From Opitutales bacterium (GTDB lineage Bacteria; Verrucomicrobiota; Verrucomicrobiia; Opitutales; UBA2987): DNA of 64,000 nucleotides. Every line of letters starts with the position of its first letter. Positions within the stretch are counted from its first letter, which is position 1. The translations under genes were made by a program, and so were the position numbers. Of this stretch, positions 20,104 to 31,166 are shown piece by piece. The notes beneath the pieces are model-generated. The model was not told the DNA's origin. It saw only the letters and a program-made list of their open reading frames with translations, and did no database searches. The DNA lies in contig CBDDEL010000017.1 of NCBI GenBank assembly GCA_965226885.1, positions 256,001 to 320,000 of the forward strand, written 5' to 3'.

Positions 20104-20414
20104 GAGGCTGTCCCAAAAATATAAAGATTTTATAGTCAACTGGATGGGATGACGTTGATAAAAAGAGCCGGAAAGAGCAAGTTTTTGCTCGATCCGGCCA
20201 AAAAAGGGTTCTATAATTGAGTTAGCGAAAATCAATATAGCCCTTTCTATGAAAAATATAGCCATCCAATGCCTCCTGCGTCCAGCTTTAACTGTGGTCG
20301 ACCGGTGCCTCGATTACGATAACTTCCACGCCACCATTGATCGAATCGATCGGCTGCTGATCGACTCGGAGGTGGAATCGCAGGCCTTGGAGGGGTGGCC
20401 GCCAATGGGTCTAA
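20104..20414 (+). mobile_element. Truncated left end of the IS5/ISNCY-like element
   Basis: Near-identical to 62462-62788; cut at CTAA by IS1380. Confidence 0.85.
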
Positions 20415-21977
20415 CCCGGATATTTCATGAAGGGTAAAGTTTGGCTCGTTATTGCTATTGGAGATGGATTTCTTTGTATTTTGAGCAGATCGTCTTGATT
20501 TTTAGGTGTTTTTCAGGGTGTAGAGACACTGCCCCCTTTCCCCCATTGGTTCGGTAGTGCCGGGGGCAGCACCAATGCACCCTTTAGGTTGGCACCAATC
20601 GGCGGGCCGCATGGTTGAAAAGACTGGCCCAAGGATAACCACTTAGGTGAAAGTGAATCGTTCGGGTGTTGCGCACGATGACCGCTCCAATCTTGATTAA
20701 TTTGAGCCGCAGGGTGTGGCATTGGGCCCGCGCCCACTTCGTCCCTTTTAAGGCTAACCGGCGCATGGCTTCCATCAAGGTGTAGGCCAGCGCCGACAAG
20801 AGCAATCGCCACTGATTGGCCCACCATTGATGGGCGCTGGTGCGCTCGCTGAACAATTGCATCTGTTCCTTGATTCGGTTCTCCATTTCACCGCGGCCAC
20901 AGTATACCTTGTCGTAAAGCTCCTGGGGATCGCCCGGCAGGTTCGTCACCACGAAGCGCGGGTTGGACCCCTGTGCGGTGTGTTCGGCTTTATGGATGAC
21001 CAACCGCAGCCATCGCCACGAATCGGCAGCATAGACGAAGTCCTGGAATAACCGTTGTTTTTTACCCCTTAGTTCGAACCATTCTTTGGCCTGCTTTTGC
21101 AACTGCTGGGCGTCTTGCTGCAAGCGTGCATTGCGAGCCATCCCCACGATGTAACTAACTTCGTTGCGGTCGCACCAAGAGAGTATCCGGTCTCGACAAA
21201 ATCCACTGTCGGCGCGCCAAATAATCCGCGTACGGGGCCAGCTTTAGCGAATCCGTTTAACCAGCAATTTGAGGATGGCCCCGGCATGCTTGCTGGCATC
21301 GATCTTGCTCGGCCGCAGGTAGGCCACCAGCAGCTGATCACCGCAAAAAACATATAGCGGCAGAAAACAGTAATGATCATAATAACCGTGGAAAAAACGT
21401 CCCTCCTGGAGCCCGTGCACCGGATTGTCGGTGGCGTCAAAGTCCAGGATGATCTCTTCGGGTTCCTCGGCAAAGGAGCCCATGAACTGTTCGACCAACA
21501 GCTCGTTTACCGCAAAGGCCGCCCGCCGATCCTGCCCGTTTTCAAAACGACACAAAGTCGGCGCGCTGGCCAACGTTTCAATGCGCCCGTTACCGTTTGC
21601 AACAATGGATCGTGGCGCAGGGTATCAAAGTCGTTCAAATCCTCATAGCCCGCCACCAGCCCGTAAACGCGCTGCCGCAGCATCCCCAATACCTCATGGC
21701 GTACTTTGCCCTTCTGCCGTTTGTCCACTAACTGTCGGGCCGCTCGTTCGGTCAAGCCCAACTGCCGATCCACTTCCCGGATCAAAAGCAGTCCGGCATC
21801 CGAAGTAACCTCTCCGCCCTTGAAATCAACCCGCACACGGCGGCCTTTTACCCTTGTCAACTGTAGCTTTAATTGTTTACCTTTTGTCATCGCTGATATT
21901 GCTTTAATTATTGATCTATCCTGCTGTATATCAGCAGTTAAGCATATCAACGATACTTTTTTTACGAAATATCCGGG
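20415..21977 (-). mobile_element. IS1380-family element, copy 2, transposase pseudogenised
   Basis: Both IRs present; nonsense mutation at 21244, frameshift near 21585, 3-bp deletion near 20640; flanks CTAA/TTAG do not match. Confidence 0.92.
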
Positions 21978-22086
21978 TTAGGGGCATGGCCCCGTTTATC
22001 CCGGCTCCGACAATGAGCATATCGAAACTTTTTTTCTCCAACTGACTGAAGCGGTCTTCTCCTGGCATATCGAGAAGTAAAAATTG

Positions 22087-22902
22087 TCAATGGATTTGAG
22101 CTGCCAACCATTGTGGGCGATTAGTGGTGATACCATCCACGCCCGCTTGTTTTAACCTGCGGGCCACGGCGGGATCGTCAACCGTCCAGACATAAACCTC
22201 GAGCCCGTTGCGGTGGACCTCGGCGATGGAATCTTCATTGACGATGGCATCGATGGCTTTTACGTTGATGCCGTCTGCCCCCACCTTTTTCGCCCGTTCT
22301 ATCAGCTCTTCGATTGAAGGCTCCCAGGCATCGGTTTCTTTATTTTTCTTAAAGGAGGATAAGCCGTAGATTTTGTAATGGGGAAAGGCTTTTGTGGCGG
22401 CAGCCACTGTATCCCAGTTGAAACTGATAATGACAATTTGCTCAGGGTCCAGACCGGACCTGGCAATTGCCTTTTTCAGCTCTGGAATTATGTCGGGACC
22501 TATTTTTATTTCGACTACTATTTTTCGCCCTTCGGGAACGGTAGACAAAACTTGATTCAGGAGCGGAATTTTTTCACCTTTCCATTTTTCGCCTTTATGC
22601 TGGCCGGCATCAAGTTGCAGCAGCTCCTCGACTGTTTGATCTATCACATCCCGGTCGCGTCCATAAAGTTTGAGGGTATTAAAATCATGGAGGACGACCA
22701 ATTGCCCATCTTTCGAGAAGTGGATATCGATTTCTACCGCCGGGGCCTCTTTTTCCCAAGCCAGGTTCACGGAGGCCAGGGTATTTTCAGGCGCGTCATA
22801 GGATGCGCCGCGGTGGGCAATTATAAGGCATTCTTTTCCATTAACGATTACCATCGCAAGGATTGCTGAAATCAAAGTTAGTGTAATATTTCTGAACGGC
22901 AT
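22087..22902 (-). CDS. Glycerophosphodiester phosphodiesterase (secreted)
   Basis: IAHRGAS..APENTL, EIDI..SKDG..VVLHD, EIK, WTVD and GITTN. Confidence 0.92.
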   Translation of the reverse strand: MPFRNITLTLISAILAMVIVNGKECLIIAHRGASYDAPENTLASVNLAWEKEAPAVEIDIHFSKDGQLVVLHDFNTLKLYGRDRDVIDQTVEELLQLDAGQHKGEKWKGEKIPLLNQVLSTVPEGRKIVVEIKIGPDIIPELKKAIARSGLDPEQIVIISFNWDTVAAATKAFPHYKIYGLSSFKKNKETDAWEPSIEELIERAKKVGADGINVKAIDAIVNEDSIAEVHRNGLEVYVWTVDDPAVARRLKQAGVDGITTNRPQWLAAQIH

Positions 22903-23200
22903 GATCTTATGGTCTTAATGATCTTGGTGATGGTATTGGATAGCACAACGCACTCATTATCAACGACAAAAATAATTGGCATCTTTCAGAATTCAAATCC
23001 TTCCTTATTTATCGTAAATAGCTCCTAAACATCCCTCAAAAGCAATTACTAAGGAAATCCAGGCGTTATTAAAGGTCAACTGCTTTGCCTGAGCCGCATG
23101 AAAAAATTGCGGCGATTTTATTCGTCACTAAAAATACCTGGCATTGGGAATGAAATAATACCTTTTATCGATGGTTGCTTGTCTGAAATACGAGATTTAC

Positions 23201-23953
23201 CTACTGCAATCCGACGAAGACAAACAACCAGGCTCCGCCAACTCCACCCAGAATGGGGCCGAGAATTGGAACCCAACTGTATTTCCAGTCGGAACTTCCC
23301 TTTCCGGGTATAGGCAAAATAGCGTGGGCGATTCGTGGGCCGAAGTCCCTGGCCGGATTTATAGCGTAACCAGTGGGCCCTCCCAAGGAGATTCCTATTG
23401 CCAAGACAAGAAGCCCGACCAGTAGGGGTTGCAGCCCAGAGCTGAAAACTGCCGAGAGATCGAGATCACCGGGTTTGGCCAATTCCTGCGCATTGGCGGC
23501 TATGGCCAGAACCCCGAATACCAGCATAGCGGTTCCAATAATCTCGGTAATTAAATTGTTTGGGTAGTTGCGGATGGCGGGCCCGGTACAAAATACGCTT
23601 AATTTTGCATCCGCCCCCTCTGTTTCTTTCCAATGGGGGAAGTAGGCCAGCCATACCAGGATGGCTCCGGTCAAGGCCCCTGCTACCTGCGATGCAACAT
23701 ACCCGGCAACCTGACACCAGGGAAAGGCCCCGATTGAAGCCAACCCAATTGTGACTGCCGGATTGATGTGCGCGCCGCTGATCCGACCCACCGAATAAAC
23801 CGCAATGGCTACCGCTAGTCCCCACCCGACAGTGATGACTATCCAGCCGGAGCCTTCGCCCTTGGATTTTTTCAGAAGAACAGTGGCAACAGCGCCATCT
23901 CCCAAAAGAATTAGAATCAACGTTCCGGTAAACTCGGCTAAATAAGGTGACAT
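23201..23953 (-). CDS. glpF: Aquaglyceroporin, glycerol uptake facilitator
   Basis: SGAHINPAVT and GYAINPARD (glyceroporin NPARD signature). Confidence 0.92.
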   Translation of the reverse strand: MSPYLAEFTGTLILILLGDGAVATVLLKKSKGEGSGWIVITVGWGLAVAIAVYSVGRISGAHINPAVTIGLASIGAFPWCQVAGYVASQVAGALTGAILVWLAYFPHWKETEGADAKLSVFCTGPAIRNYPNNLITEIIGTAMLVFGVLAIAANAQELAKPGDLDLSAVFSSGLQPLLVGLLVLAIGISLGGPTGYAINPARDFGPRIAHAILPIPGKGSSDWKYSWVPILGPILGGVGGAWLFVFVGLQ

Positions 23954-24051
23954 GAGATTAATTCTTCTCCTTGCAAAGGAAACATGATAAGGTTTTTTAT
24001 TCCAGATCATTGCGGCTCTCAATCAGTCGGAGCCGCTTTTATTTTTAAAAG

Positions 24052-24117
24052 ACCAGAGCCAGAAAACATCTACCAGAGCCAGAAAACATTTATGTCAATG
24101 AAATTATGTCAATGAAA
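24052..24117. repeat. Two adjacent short tandem duplications
   Basis: ACCAGAGCCAGAAAACAT x2 (period 20) followed by TTATGTCAATGAAA x2. Confidence 0.9.
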
Positions 24118-25020
24118 TCATATTGGGCCAATCGCATTGGCTTTTATGCCTTGGAGGGGGGATTTCAGATTTCGGCAATGGCCCGGGTGATTGGGTATTG
24201 GTTCGCCTTTTCCACTCTTGGCAGTTTAACAATTCTTGCCCAAGACAGGGAAAATGGCTTGGTCGATGAGACGGCCATTCCCCACCGTGGCGTCACCGCT
24301 CATCGGGGAAACTCCGGTTCCTATCCTGAAAACACGCTCCCGGCTTTTGACTCTGCCCTGGCTTTAGGCGTCGATTGGATGGAATGCGATATTTTCAAAA
24401 CAAAGGACGGGAAAATTGTTGTCATTCACGATGCCGGGACCGGACGCATGGGTGACAGGAACCTTTTGGTCGCCGATTCAACTTACGAAGAACTTCTGCG
24501 GGTGGATGTCGCTACGGAATTTCGTCAAAAGCATGGCAAGACCCTGGCTGAGTGTCCCAAAGGAAAAATTCCTCTGCTTGAAGATGTGATCCGCCTGACG
24601 ATGACTCAGCGCCTTACACGACTATCCATTCAGCCGAAAAGGGATATCGTTGATGAAGCCATCGCATTGATTCGAGAGATGAAAGCTGAATCCTGGATCG
24701 GTTTCAACGAGGGCTCCATTTCACGTGTTCGACGGGTCAAGGAACTGGCCCCTGAATTACCGGGTTTTTATGACACCGATGGCAAAGACACCGATCTTCA
24801 TGTTTCCCGGGCTCTCGAATATGGATTTGAAAGCATCGTCATGAACCACCGGAATGTGACCGCAGAAGACGTTGAAAAAATTCATGCCGCCAAACTCGAA
24901 GCCGGTGCCTGGACCGTAAATGATCGCGAGGAAATGCGGCGATTGTTGATGGCAGGCGTAGATCGCATCTATACCGACCTGGCAGAGATTCTTATGGCAT
25001 TACAAGAGGAGGGAAAGTGA
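24106..25020 (+). CDS. Glycerophosphodiester phosphodiesterase family protein
   Basis: TAHRG..YPENTL, ECDI..TKDG..VVIHD, WTVN and IYTD; start uncertain (possibly 24178). Confidence 0.88.
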   Translation: MSMKSYWANRIGFYALEGGFQISAMARVIGYWFAFSTLGSLTILAQDRENGLVDETAIPHRGVTAHRGNSGSYPENTLPAFDSALALGVDWMECDIFKTKDGKIVVIHDAGTGRMGDRNLLVADSTYEELLRVDVATEFRQKHGKTLAECPKGKIPLLEDVIRLTMTQRLTRLSIQPKRDIVDEAIALIREMKAESWIGFNEGSISRVRRVKELAPELPGFYDTDGKDTDLHVSRALEYGFESIVMNHRNVTAEDVEKIHAAKLEAGAWTVNDREEMRRLLMAGVDRIYTDLAEILMALQEEGK

Positions 25021-27362
25021 GCGCTCAACCCCCAAATATTGGAGGCGGAGGAGTGACGGAGAGCCCGGTCTTAACCGATCGAACCCGGAAACTTTTGCAA
25101 CCTCTCCTTCATCTCGTTCTCGATGTGGATGGAACTCTCGCCCTCGACGACAACCTCTTTCCATCCACAATCCGTTTCCTGGTGATGTGCACTGGAAAAA
25201 GTGGACACGAGATTCTCCTAAATGGAGAATCGAAGCATGGGAAGAAGACGCTTTAGTATAGAGTTCAAAAATGAGGCAGTTCAACTGATGATACTCGATG
25301 GTCTGAGCGCCACCGAGGTATCGACCAAACTTGGGGTCAACACCAACCAATTGTATAGGTGGAAGAGGCTCTATCTGGACGATCAGCAGGGCGAAGCCAC
25401 CTCAAAGCGACAGAGCAGTCCGAAGGAGATGGCGGCCGAGATAGATCGTCTTCGCAAAGAGCTGCGCCGCTCGGAGCGGATCAACCAGATACTAAAAAAA
25501 ACGGTGGGCTACTTTGCCAAGGACGAACAATGAAGTACCAGTTTGTCAAAGACAACGAGGGGCGCTTCAAGATCGAGGAAATATGCTCGGCGATGGGGAT
25601 TTGTCGCAGTGGCTATTACTGCTGGAGGCACCGAGCGCCCTCGGCCCGGCGGATCGAGGACGAGGGAATCAAGGGGGCGATCCTGAAGGTACACAAAGAG
25701 GCCAAGGGCCCGCTATGGGCATCGGCCAATGCACCGCCATCTGAAGGATGATGAGGGCATCGATTGCGGCCGTGACCGGGCTCTGCGTCTGATGCGTGAA
25801 ATGGGAATCAAAAGCACCCAGAGTAAACGCTTTAAGCCATTAAAAACCAACAGTAACCATCCCTATGGTTACAGCCCCAATGTGCTTAAAAAGCATGGCC
25901 AGCCGACCCATATCGACGAGGTCTGGGTGGCGGACACGACCTACCTACGGACCCTGGCCGGTTGGATGTACTTGGCCACGGTGATGGACCTGTTCAGCCG
26001 ACGCCTGCTGGGCTGGAGCGTTTCCAACCACAACGACGCGAAGCTGGTTGGCAAGGCCCTCAAAGCCGCGGCCATGACCCGCGGCACACTGCGCACCGGG
26101 ATTATTCATCACAGCGATCGGGGCAGCCCCTACGCCAGCGACGACTATCAGAGGCTGGTCTCTGAACTAGGCATGAAGCCGAGCATGAGCGCCCAAGGCA
26201 ACTGCTACGACAACGCGGCCATGGAATCGTTCTACGGCCGCTTCAAGACCAGCACGATTCGAGGCCGCCACTTTGCCGACGAGCGCGAACTGCGATCAAC
26301 TGTCTTCGAATACGTGGAAATCTTCTACAACCGATATCGCAAACATTCCTCTCTGAGTTACCAAAGCCCAGTCCAATTCGAGGAAAATATTTGCCCCCCA
26401 TGGGGGGCAACGAGAAAACAAAACCCTTTACCAAAACAAGCCGCCTGACACACTAATCAATAAACAATGAATATAAGAGAATCCCGTGTCCAACAAATCC
26501 AGTACACGTCATATAAGAGAATCCCGTGTCCAACAAATCCAGTGCACATCACTAATCAATAAACAATGAATATAAGAGAATCCCGTGTCCAACAAATCCA
26601 GTACACGTCACTGGAGACACTCCACGGCCTTGGGATGTCCTTTACCATCATCACCAACAACTCCTCGAAGAGCAGGCGGGAACATTGCCAACGGCTGTGT
26701 CGAATGGGGCTGGAATTAAACGAAGAGAAGATACTGGTATCCACTCAGGCCACCCTGCTCTACCTTAAAGAAGCGCAACCCCAAATTAAGCGTCTTTTCG
26801 TGCTGGGAACACCCGGCTTGCAAGAGGAATTTAGCGAAGCCGGGTATGCTCTTTGCGACCATCGGGCGGATGACGAACCCGACGCCGTCATTGTCGGTTT
26901 CGACACCTCGCTTACCTATGAGAGGCTTTGTCGCGCCGCTTATTGGATTAAAAAGGGCAAGAAATATTTTGCCACTCATCCGGATTACGTTTGCCCTACC
27001 GATCAGCCGACGGTGCTGGTCGATTGCGGGTCAATCATCAGTTGCCTGAAAGCAGCTACAGGGCGGGAGCCCGACGCCATCCTGGGCAAGCCGAGCCCTC
27101 AGATGCTGGAAGTGATCCGGCAAAAGCATGGATTGGAAAAATCCCAAATTGCCATGGTGGGGGACCGTCTTTATACGGACATGGCAATGGCTTATGCAGG
27201 TGGGATAACCTCTATTCTGGTCCTTTGCGGTGAAACTACCCGCGGGCAGGCAGAATCGATTCAGCATCGCCCGATATCGTGGTAACCGATCCCGGCGATT
27301 TGGGCAGTTTGCTCGTCCTGGCAAAACGCGCTGAAAAAATTAGTGACGAAAAATCTTGTTAG
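25017..27362 (+). pseudogene. HAD-IIA (NagD-like) phosphatase interrupted by an IS3-family element
   Basis: LDVDGTL before the IS; TNNSSK, GKP and VGDRLYTD after it; rejoins as ...IRFLETLHG across the CTGG TSD; extra frameshift near 27270. Confidence 0.88.
25183..26610 (+). mobile_element. IS3-family element type A, copy 1, with a triplicated right end
   Basis: TGATGTGCACTGG left end; right ends at 26511, 26551 and 26610; TSD CTGG; orfA 25222-25533; orfB 25530-26448 frameshifted by +1 C near 25710. Confidence 0.92.
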
Positions 27363-27522
27363 TAAAATATGGGCCACTCTGCGGTAACTCTGGACAGGGG
27401 TATTATAATACCTCAAACATGGCAGGCTTTACTTTAGGCGAGCGCCAATGGTATTATAAAATATTGCTGACGACTATTTTTAAAATCGATATTCGGATAA
27501 TTTTCAGAAATTCAAAGACGCT

Positions 27523-28842
27523 ATGCTGAAATTTATTTCAAAATTTTACAGACCGGCCCCTGAAGTAGAACGTCTTCCTTCCGATGAGATTCCGCGTACT
27601 TATGGGCGGTTACGATGGCAAATTATGGAATCCACCTTTATCGGATATGCCGTATTCTACCTGGTTCGCAATAATTTGGCGCCGGTATCACTGGAAATAG
27701 GCGAGGCGGTTGGCTACACCAAGAGTCAAATTGGGGATTTTCTGGCCGTTACGGCGATTGCCTACGGGGTGGCCAAATTTATCATGGGTTCGGTTTCAGA
27801 CCGGAGCAACCCACGCCTTTTTATGCCCACCGGCCTGATTCTTACCGCCCTGGTCAATTTTGCTTTTGGCAGTGTTCAGAACTACCATCTGCACCTCGCT
27901 CTATGGGCTATGAATGGGTTGTTTCAGGGAATGGGCTGGCCTCCCTGCGGACGGTCCATCGGCCATTGGTATAGCGAGAATGAGCGAGGCATGAAATTTG
28001 CCATCTGGAATGTCGCGACCAATGTCGGCGGCGGACTGGCTGGAGTGATTGCCGCTTACAGCGCTGGTTGGCTCGGTTGGCAGTTTGCTTTTTTTGTGCC
28101 GGGTATTCTTGCCCTGATATGCGCGCTTTACCTGCTGCTGCGGTTGCGGGACACACCGCAATCGGTAGGTTTGCCGCCTATCGAGGAATACCGAAACGAC
28201 TATCCCGCAAACCATTCAACGGATCATGAGGCTGAGCTGACCACGCGGGATTTATTCGTCAATTACATCTTCAAGAACAAATACCTGTGGATCGTCGCCC
28301 TGGCCAATTTTTTTGTTTATATCACCCGCTACAGTATGCTGGATTGGGGGCCTACCTACCTGCGGGAAGTCAAGGGAGCCAATTTGGAAGACGGGGGGTG
28401 GAGCATTTTGGTCCTTGAATGGGGGGGCATCCCGAGCACCCTATTGATGGGCTGGTTGTCAGACCGATTGGGAGGCCGCCGGGGACTCGTCAGCCTGATG
28501 TGCATGATCCCTATATTCTTTGCTTTTCTGGGAATAAAAATGAACCCTCCGGGCATGCTATGGCTGGATATGACGTTGCTGGGGGTGATCGGTTTTTTTG
28601 TCTATCCTCCGGTCATGCTGCTGGCGGTTTCAGGACTTGATTTAACCTCCAAGAAAGCGGTTGGCACGGCGGCCGGGTTCATCGGGCTATGGGGCTACAT
28701 CGGCCGCACGGTGCAGGGAAAAGTGCTTGGGACGGTTGCGGAGGATTATGGCTGGGACGCCTCTTTGAACCTCATTCTGATGGCCGCTATAGGAGCGATA
28801 ATTTTATTGTGTTTTACCGTCAATATCAAACCCCGAGGATAG
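27523..28842 (+). CDS. glpT: Glycerol-3-phosphate/OPA-family MFS antiporter
   Basis: PAP..RLP..EI..TY.RLRWQI, YLVR.N, SDRSNPR, QGMGWPPCGR, RDTPQSVGLPPIEEY and DWGPTYL.EVKG closely follow GlpT/PgtP. Confidence 0.8.
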   Translation: MLKFISKFYRPAPEVERLPSDEIPRTYGRLRWQIMESTFIGYAVFYLVRNNLAPVSLEIGEAVGYTKSQIGDFLAVTAIAYGVAKFIMGSVSDRSNPRLFMPTGLILTALVNFAFGSVQNYHLHLALWAMNGLFQGMGWPPCGRSIGHWYSENERGMKFAIWNVATNVGGGLAGVIAAYSAGWLGWQFAFFVPGILALICALYLLLRLRDTPQSVGLPPIEEYRNDYPANHSTDHEAELTTRDLFVNYIFKNKYLWIVALANFFVYITRYSMLDWGPTYLREVKGANLEDGGWSILVLEWGGIPSTLLMGWLSDRLGGRRGLVSLMCMIPIFFAFLGIKMNPPGMLWLDMTLLGVIGFFVYPPVMLLAVSGLDLTSKKAVGTAAGFIGLWGYIGRTVQGKVLGTVAEDYGWDASLNLILMAAIGAIILLCFTVNIKPRG

Positions 28843-28874
28843 ATTCCGGGATTATTTAGAAAATCAAATGGCTG

Positions 28875-29627
28875 ATGAGTATGAACCAGCCGGGAGTAAA
28901 TATCCTTTCCTTTTGTAGGAGTATAGCGCTTTGCCTCCTCCTTTTCCAGGCATTGCAGAGGAATTTACAGGCTCAAACCGGCGTCGATGAGTTAAAGGAT
29001 CGTCCCCTTCGAATAAGGAACAAGGTAAAACCTGATTTCCCGGCCGCGCTACGCAACAGCCACTATTACCAAGGCTTTGCAAAAGTTGTTTTTATGGTCG
29101 ATACATCTGGCCGAAGTTATGATTTCATCTTGATCGAGGCCACGCACCCTCTTTTCGGTGTAGAAGCCATTAGCGCTTTGCAGCGGTGGCAGGTGGAACC
29201 GGCCATAATCGATAGTCGGATTAATCCATCCCGCCATACTGTCGAAGTGAAATTCAGGAATGTAGGTTTGGCCATAGAGAAAAGGCTTGGTGGAGGGATC
29301 CCGACCAGGGAAAAACCGGATTCGTCAGTTGGCACATACTACCACACATTTGATTTGAATGAATTGGACCGAATTCCGAAATATCTCGCGAAGGATTCTC
29401 CGGTTTTACCCACCGGAATTGAGCCCGCCGAAATGAGAGGCTTGGTCAAAATTGAGTTTTTCATCGATGAAAAAGGCAAGGTTCGGGCTCCCGGGGTTCT
29501 TATGAGCACAAATGACCGGCTTGATGATGCCGCCATCACGGCGGTAGTGAACTGGCAATTTGAACCGCCCCTAAAGGATGGCAAACCGGTTGTGGCCAGA
29601 GCAGTGCAAAGTTTCCTCTTCGAGTAG
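28875..29627 (+). CDS. TonB-family protein with two TonB C-terminal domains
   Basis: Two repeats: G.AKVVFMVD..A..RWQVEPA and GLVKIEFFIDEKG..A..NWQFEP..KDGKPV. Confidence 0.82.
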   Translation: MSMNQPGVNILSFCRSIALCLLLFQALQRNLQAQTGVDELKDRPLRIRNKVKPDFPAALRNSHYYQGFAKVVFMVDTSGRSYDFILIEATHPLFGVEAISALQRWQVEPAIIDSRINPSRHTVEVKFRNVGLAIEKRLGGGIPTREKPDSSVGTYYHTFDLNELDRIPKYLAKDSPVLPTGIEPAEMRGLVKIEFFIDEKGKVRAPGVLMSTNDRLDDAAITAVVNWQFEPPLKDGKPVVARAVQSFLFE

Positions 29628-29688
29628 TTGGCTTTAATCCAAGTCATTGCCACCAGAAACCTTATGACCAGCCGGGTAAATGCACTAA

Positions 29689-31016
29689 TGACGTGTACTG
29701 GATTTGTTGGACACGGGATTCTCTTATATTCATTGTTTATTGATTAGTGTGTCAGGCGGCTTGTTTTGGTAAAGGGTTTTGTTTTCTCGTTGCCCCCCAT
29801 GGGGGGCAAATATTTTCCTCGAATTGGACTGGGCTTTGGTAACTCAGAGAGGAATGTTTGCGATATCGGTTGTAGAAGATTTCCACGTATTCGAAGACAG
29901 TTGATCGCAGTTCGCGCTCGTCGGCAAAGTGGCGGCCTCGAATCGTGCTGGTCTTGAAGCGGCCGTAGAACGATTCCATGGCCGCGTTGTCGTAGCAGTT
30001 GCCTTGGGCGCTCATGCTCGGCTTCATGCCTAGTTCAGAGACCAGCCTCTGATAGTCGTCGCTGGCGTAGGGGCTGCCCCGATCGCTGTGATGAATAATC
30101 CCGGTGCGCAGTGTGCCGCGGGTCATGGCCGCGGCTTTGAGGGCCTTGCCAACCAGCTTCGCGTCGTTGTGGTTGGAAACGCTCCAGCCCAGCAGGCGTC
30201 GGCTGAACAGGTCCATCACCGTGGCCAAGTACATCCAACCGGCCAGGGTCCGTAGGTAGGTCGTGTCCGCCACCCAGACCTCGTCGATATGGGTCGGCTG
30301 GCCATGCTTTTTAAGCACATTGGGGCTGTAACCATAGGGATGGTTACTGTTGGTTTTTAATGGCTTAAAGCGTTTACTCTGGGTGCTTTTGATTCCCATT
30401 TCACGCATCAGACGCAGAGCCCGGTCACGGCCGCAATCGATGCCCTCATCATCCTTCAGATGGCGGTGCATTGGCCGATGCCCATAGCGGCCCTTGGCCT
30501 CTTTGTGTACCTTCAGGATCGCCCCCTTGATTCCCTCGTCCTCGATCCGCCGGGCCGAGGGCGCTCGGTGCCTCCAGCAGTAATAGCCACTGCGACAAAT
30601 CCCCATCGCCGAGCATATTTCCTCGATCTTGAAGCGCCCCTCGTTGTCTTTGACAAACTGGTACTTCATTGTTCGTCCTTGGCAAAGTAGCCCACCGTTT
30701 TTTTTAGTATCTGGTTGATCCGCTCCGAGCGGCGCAGCTCTTTGCGAAGACGATCTATCTCGGCCGCCATCTCCTTCGGACTGCTCTGTCGCTTTGAGGT
30801 GGCTTCGCCCTGCTGATCGTCCAGATAGAGCCTCTTCCACCTATACAATTGGTTGGTGTTGACCCCAAGTTTGGTCGATACCTCGGTGGCGCTCAGACCA
30901 TCGAGTATCATCAGTTGAACTGCCTCATTTTTGAACTCTATACTAAAGCGTCTTCTTCCCATGCTTCGATTCTCCATTTAGGAGAATCTCGTGTCCACTT
31001 TTTCCAGTGCACATCA
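29689..31016 (-). mobile_element. IS3-family element type A, copy 2 (intact)
   Basis: Same IRs as copy 1; 4-bp TSD CTAA. Confidence 0.93.
29752..30977 (-). CDS. IS3-family transposase (orfA 30666-30977, orfB 29752-30669)
   Basis: WVADTTY, HSDRGS and CYDNAAMESF motifs. Confidence 0.9.
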
Positions 31017-31166
31017 CTAAGCCGATTGACAGTCCGCAATAAAGGTAGGAGGTATTTACAAGAATCTAATTTTTTATGAAAAACAAAGGAACTTGAAAAT
31101 ATTCAATCTCAAGGCGATCCAGCATAGAGATTCGATAGTTCCTTGACACACTGGAGAAAAACCTTG

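Noticed and set aside
21982..22080. Short open frame after IS1380 copy 2 as an orphaned gene tail
   Set aside because: Only 32 codons, preceded by an in-frame TAG, with no convincing motif.
24052..24117. Direct repeats between divergent glpF and GDPD as operator sites
   Set aside because: Head-to-tail copies like the other tandem duplications, several of which fall inside coding sequence; a regulatory role is not excluded but is unsupported.
26452..26610. Three ~40-bp repeats resembling a mini CRISPR array
   Set aside because: The units are IS3 terminal sequence with no unique spacers, and there are no cas genes in the window.
26566..27285. 239-aa ORF as an intact HAD gene
   Set aside because: Its first 15 codons come from the IS end; the real DxDGT motif lies upstream of the IS.
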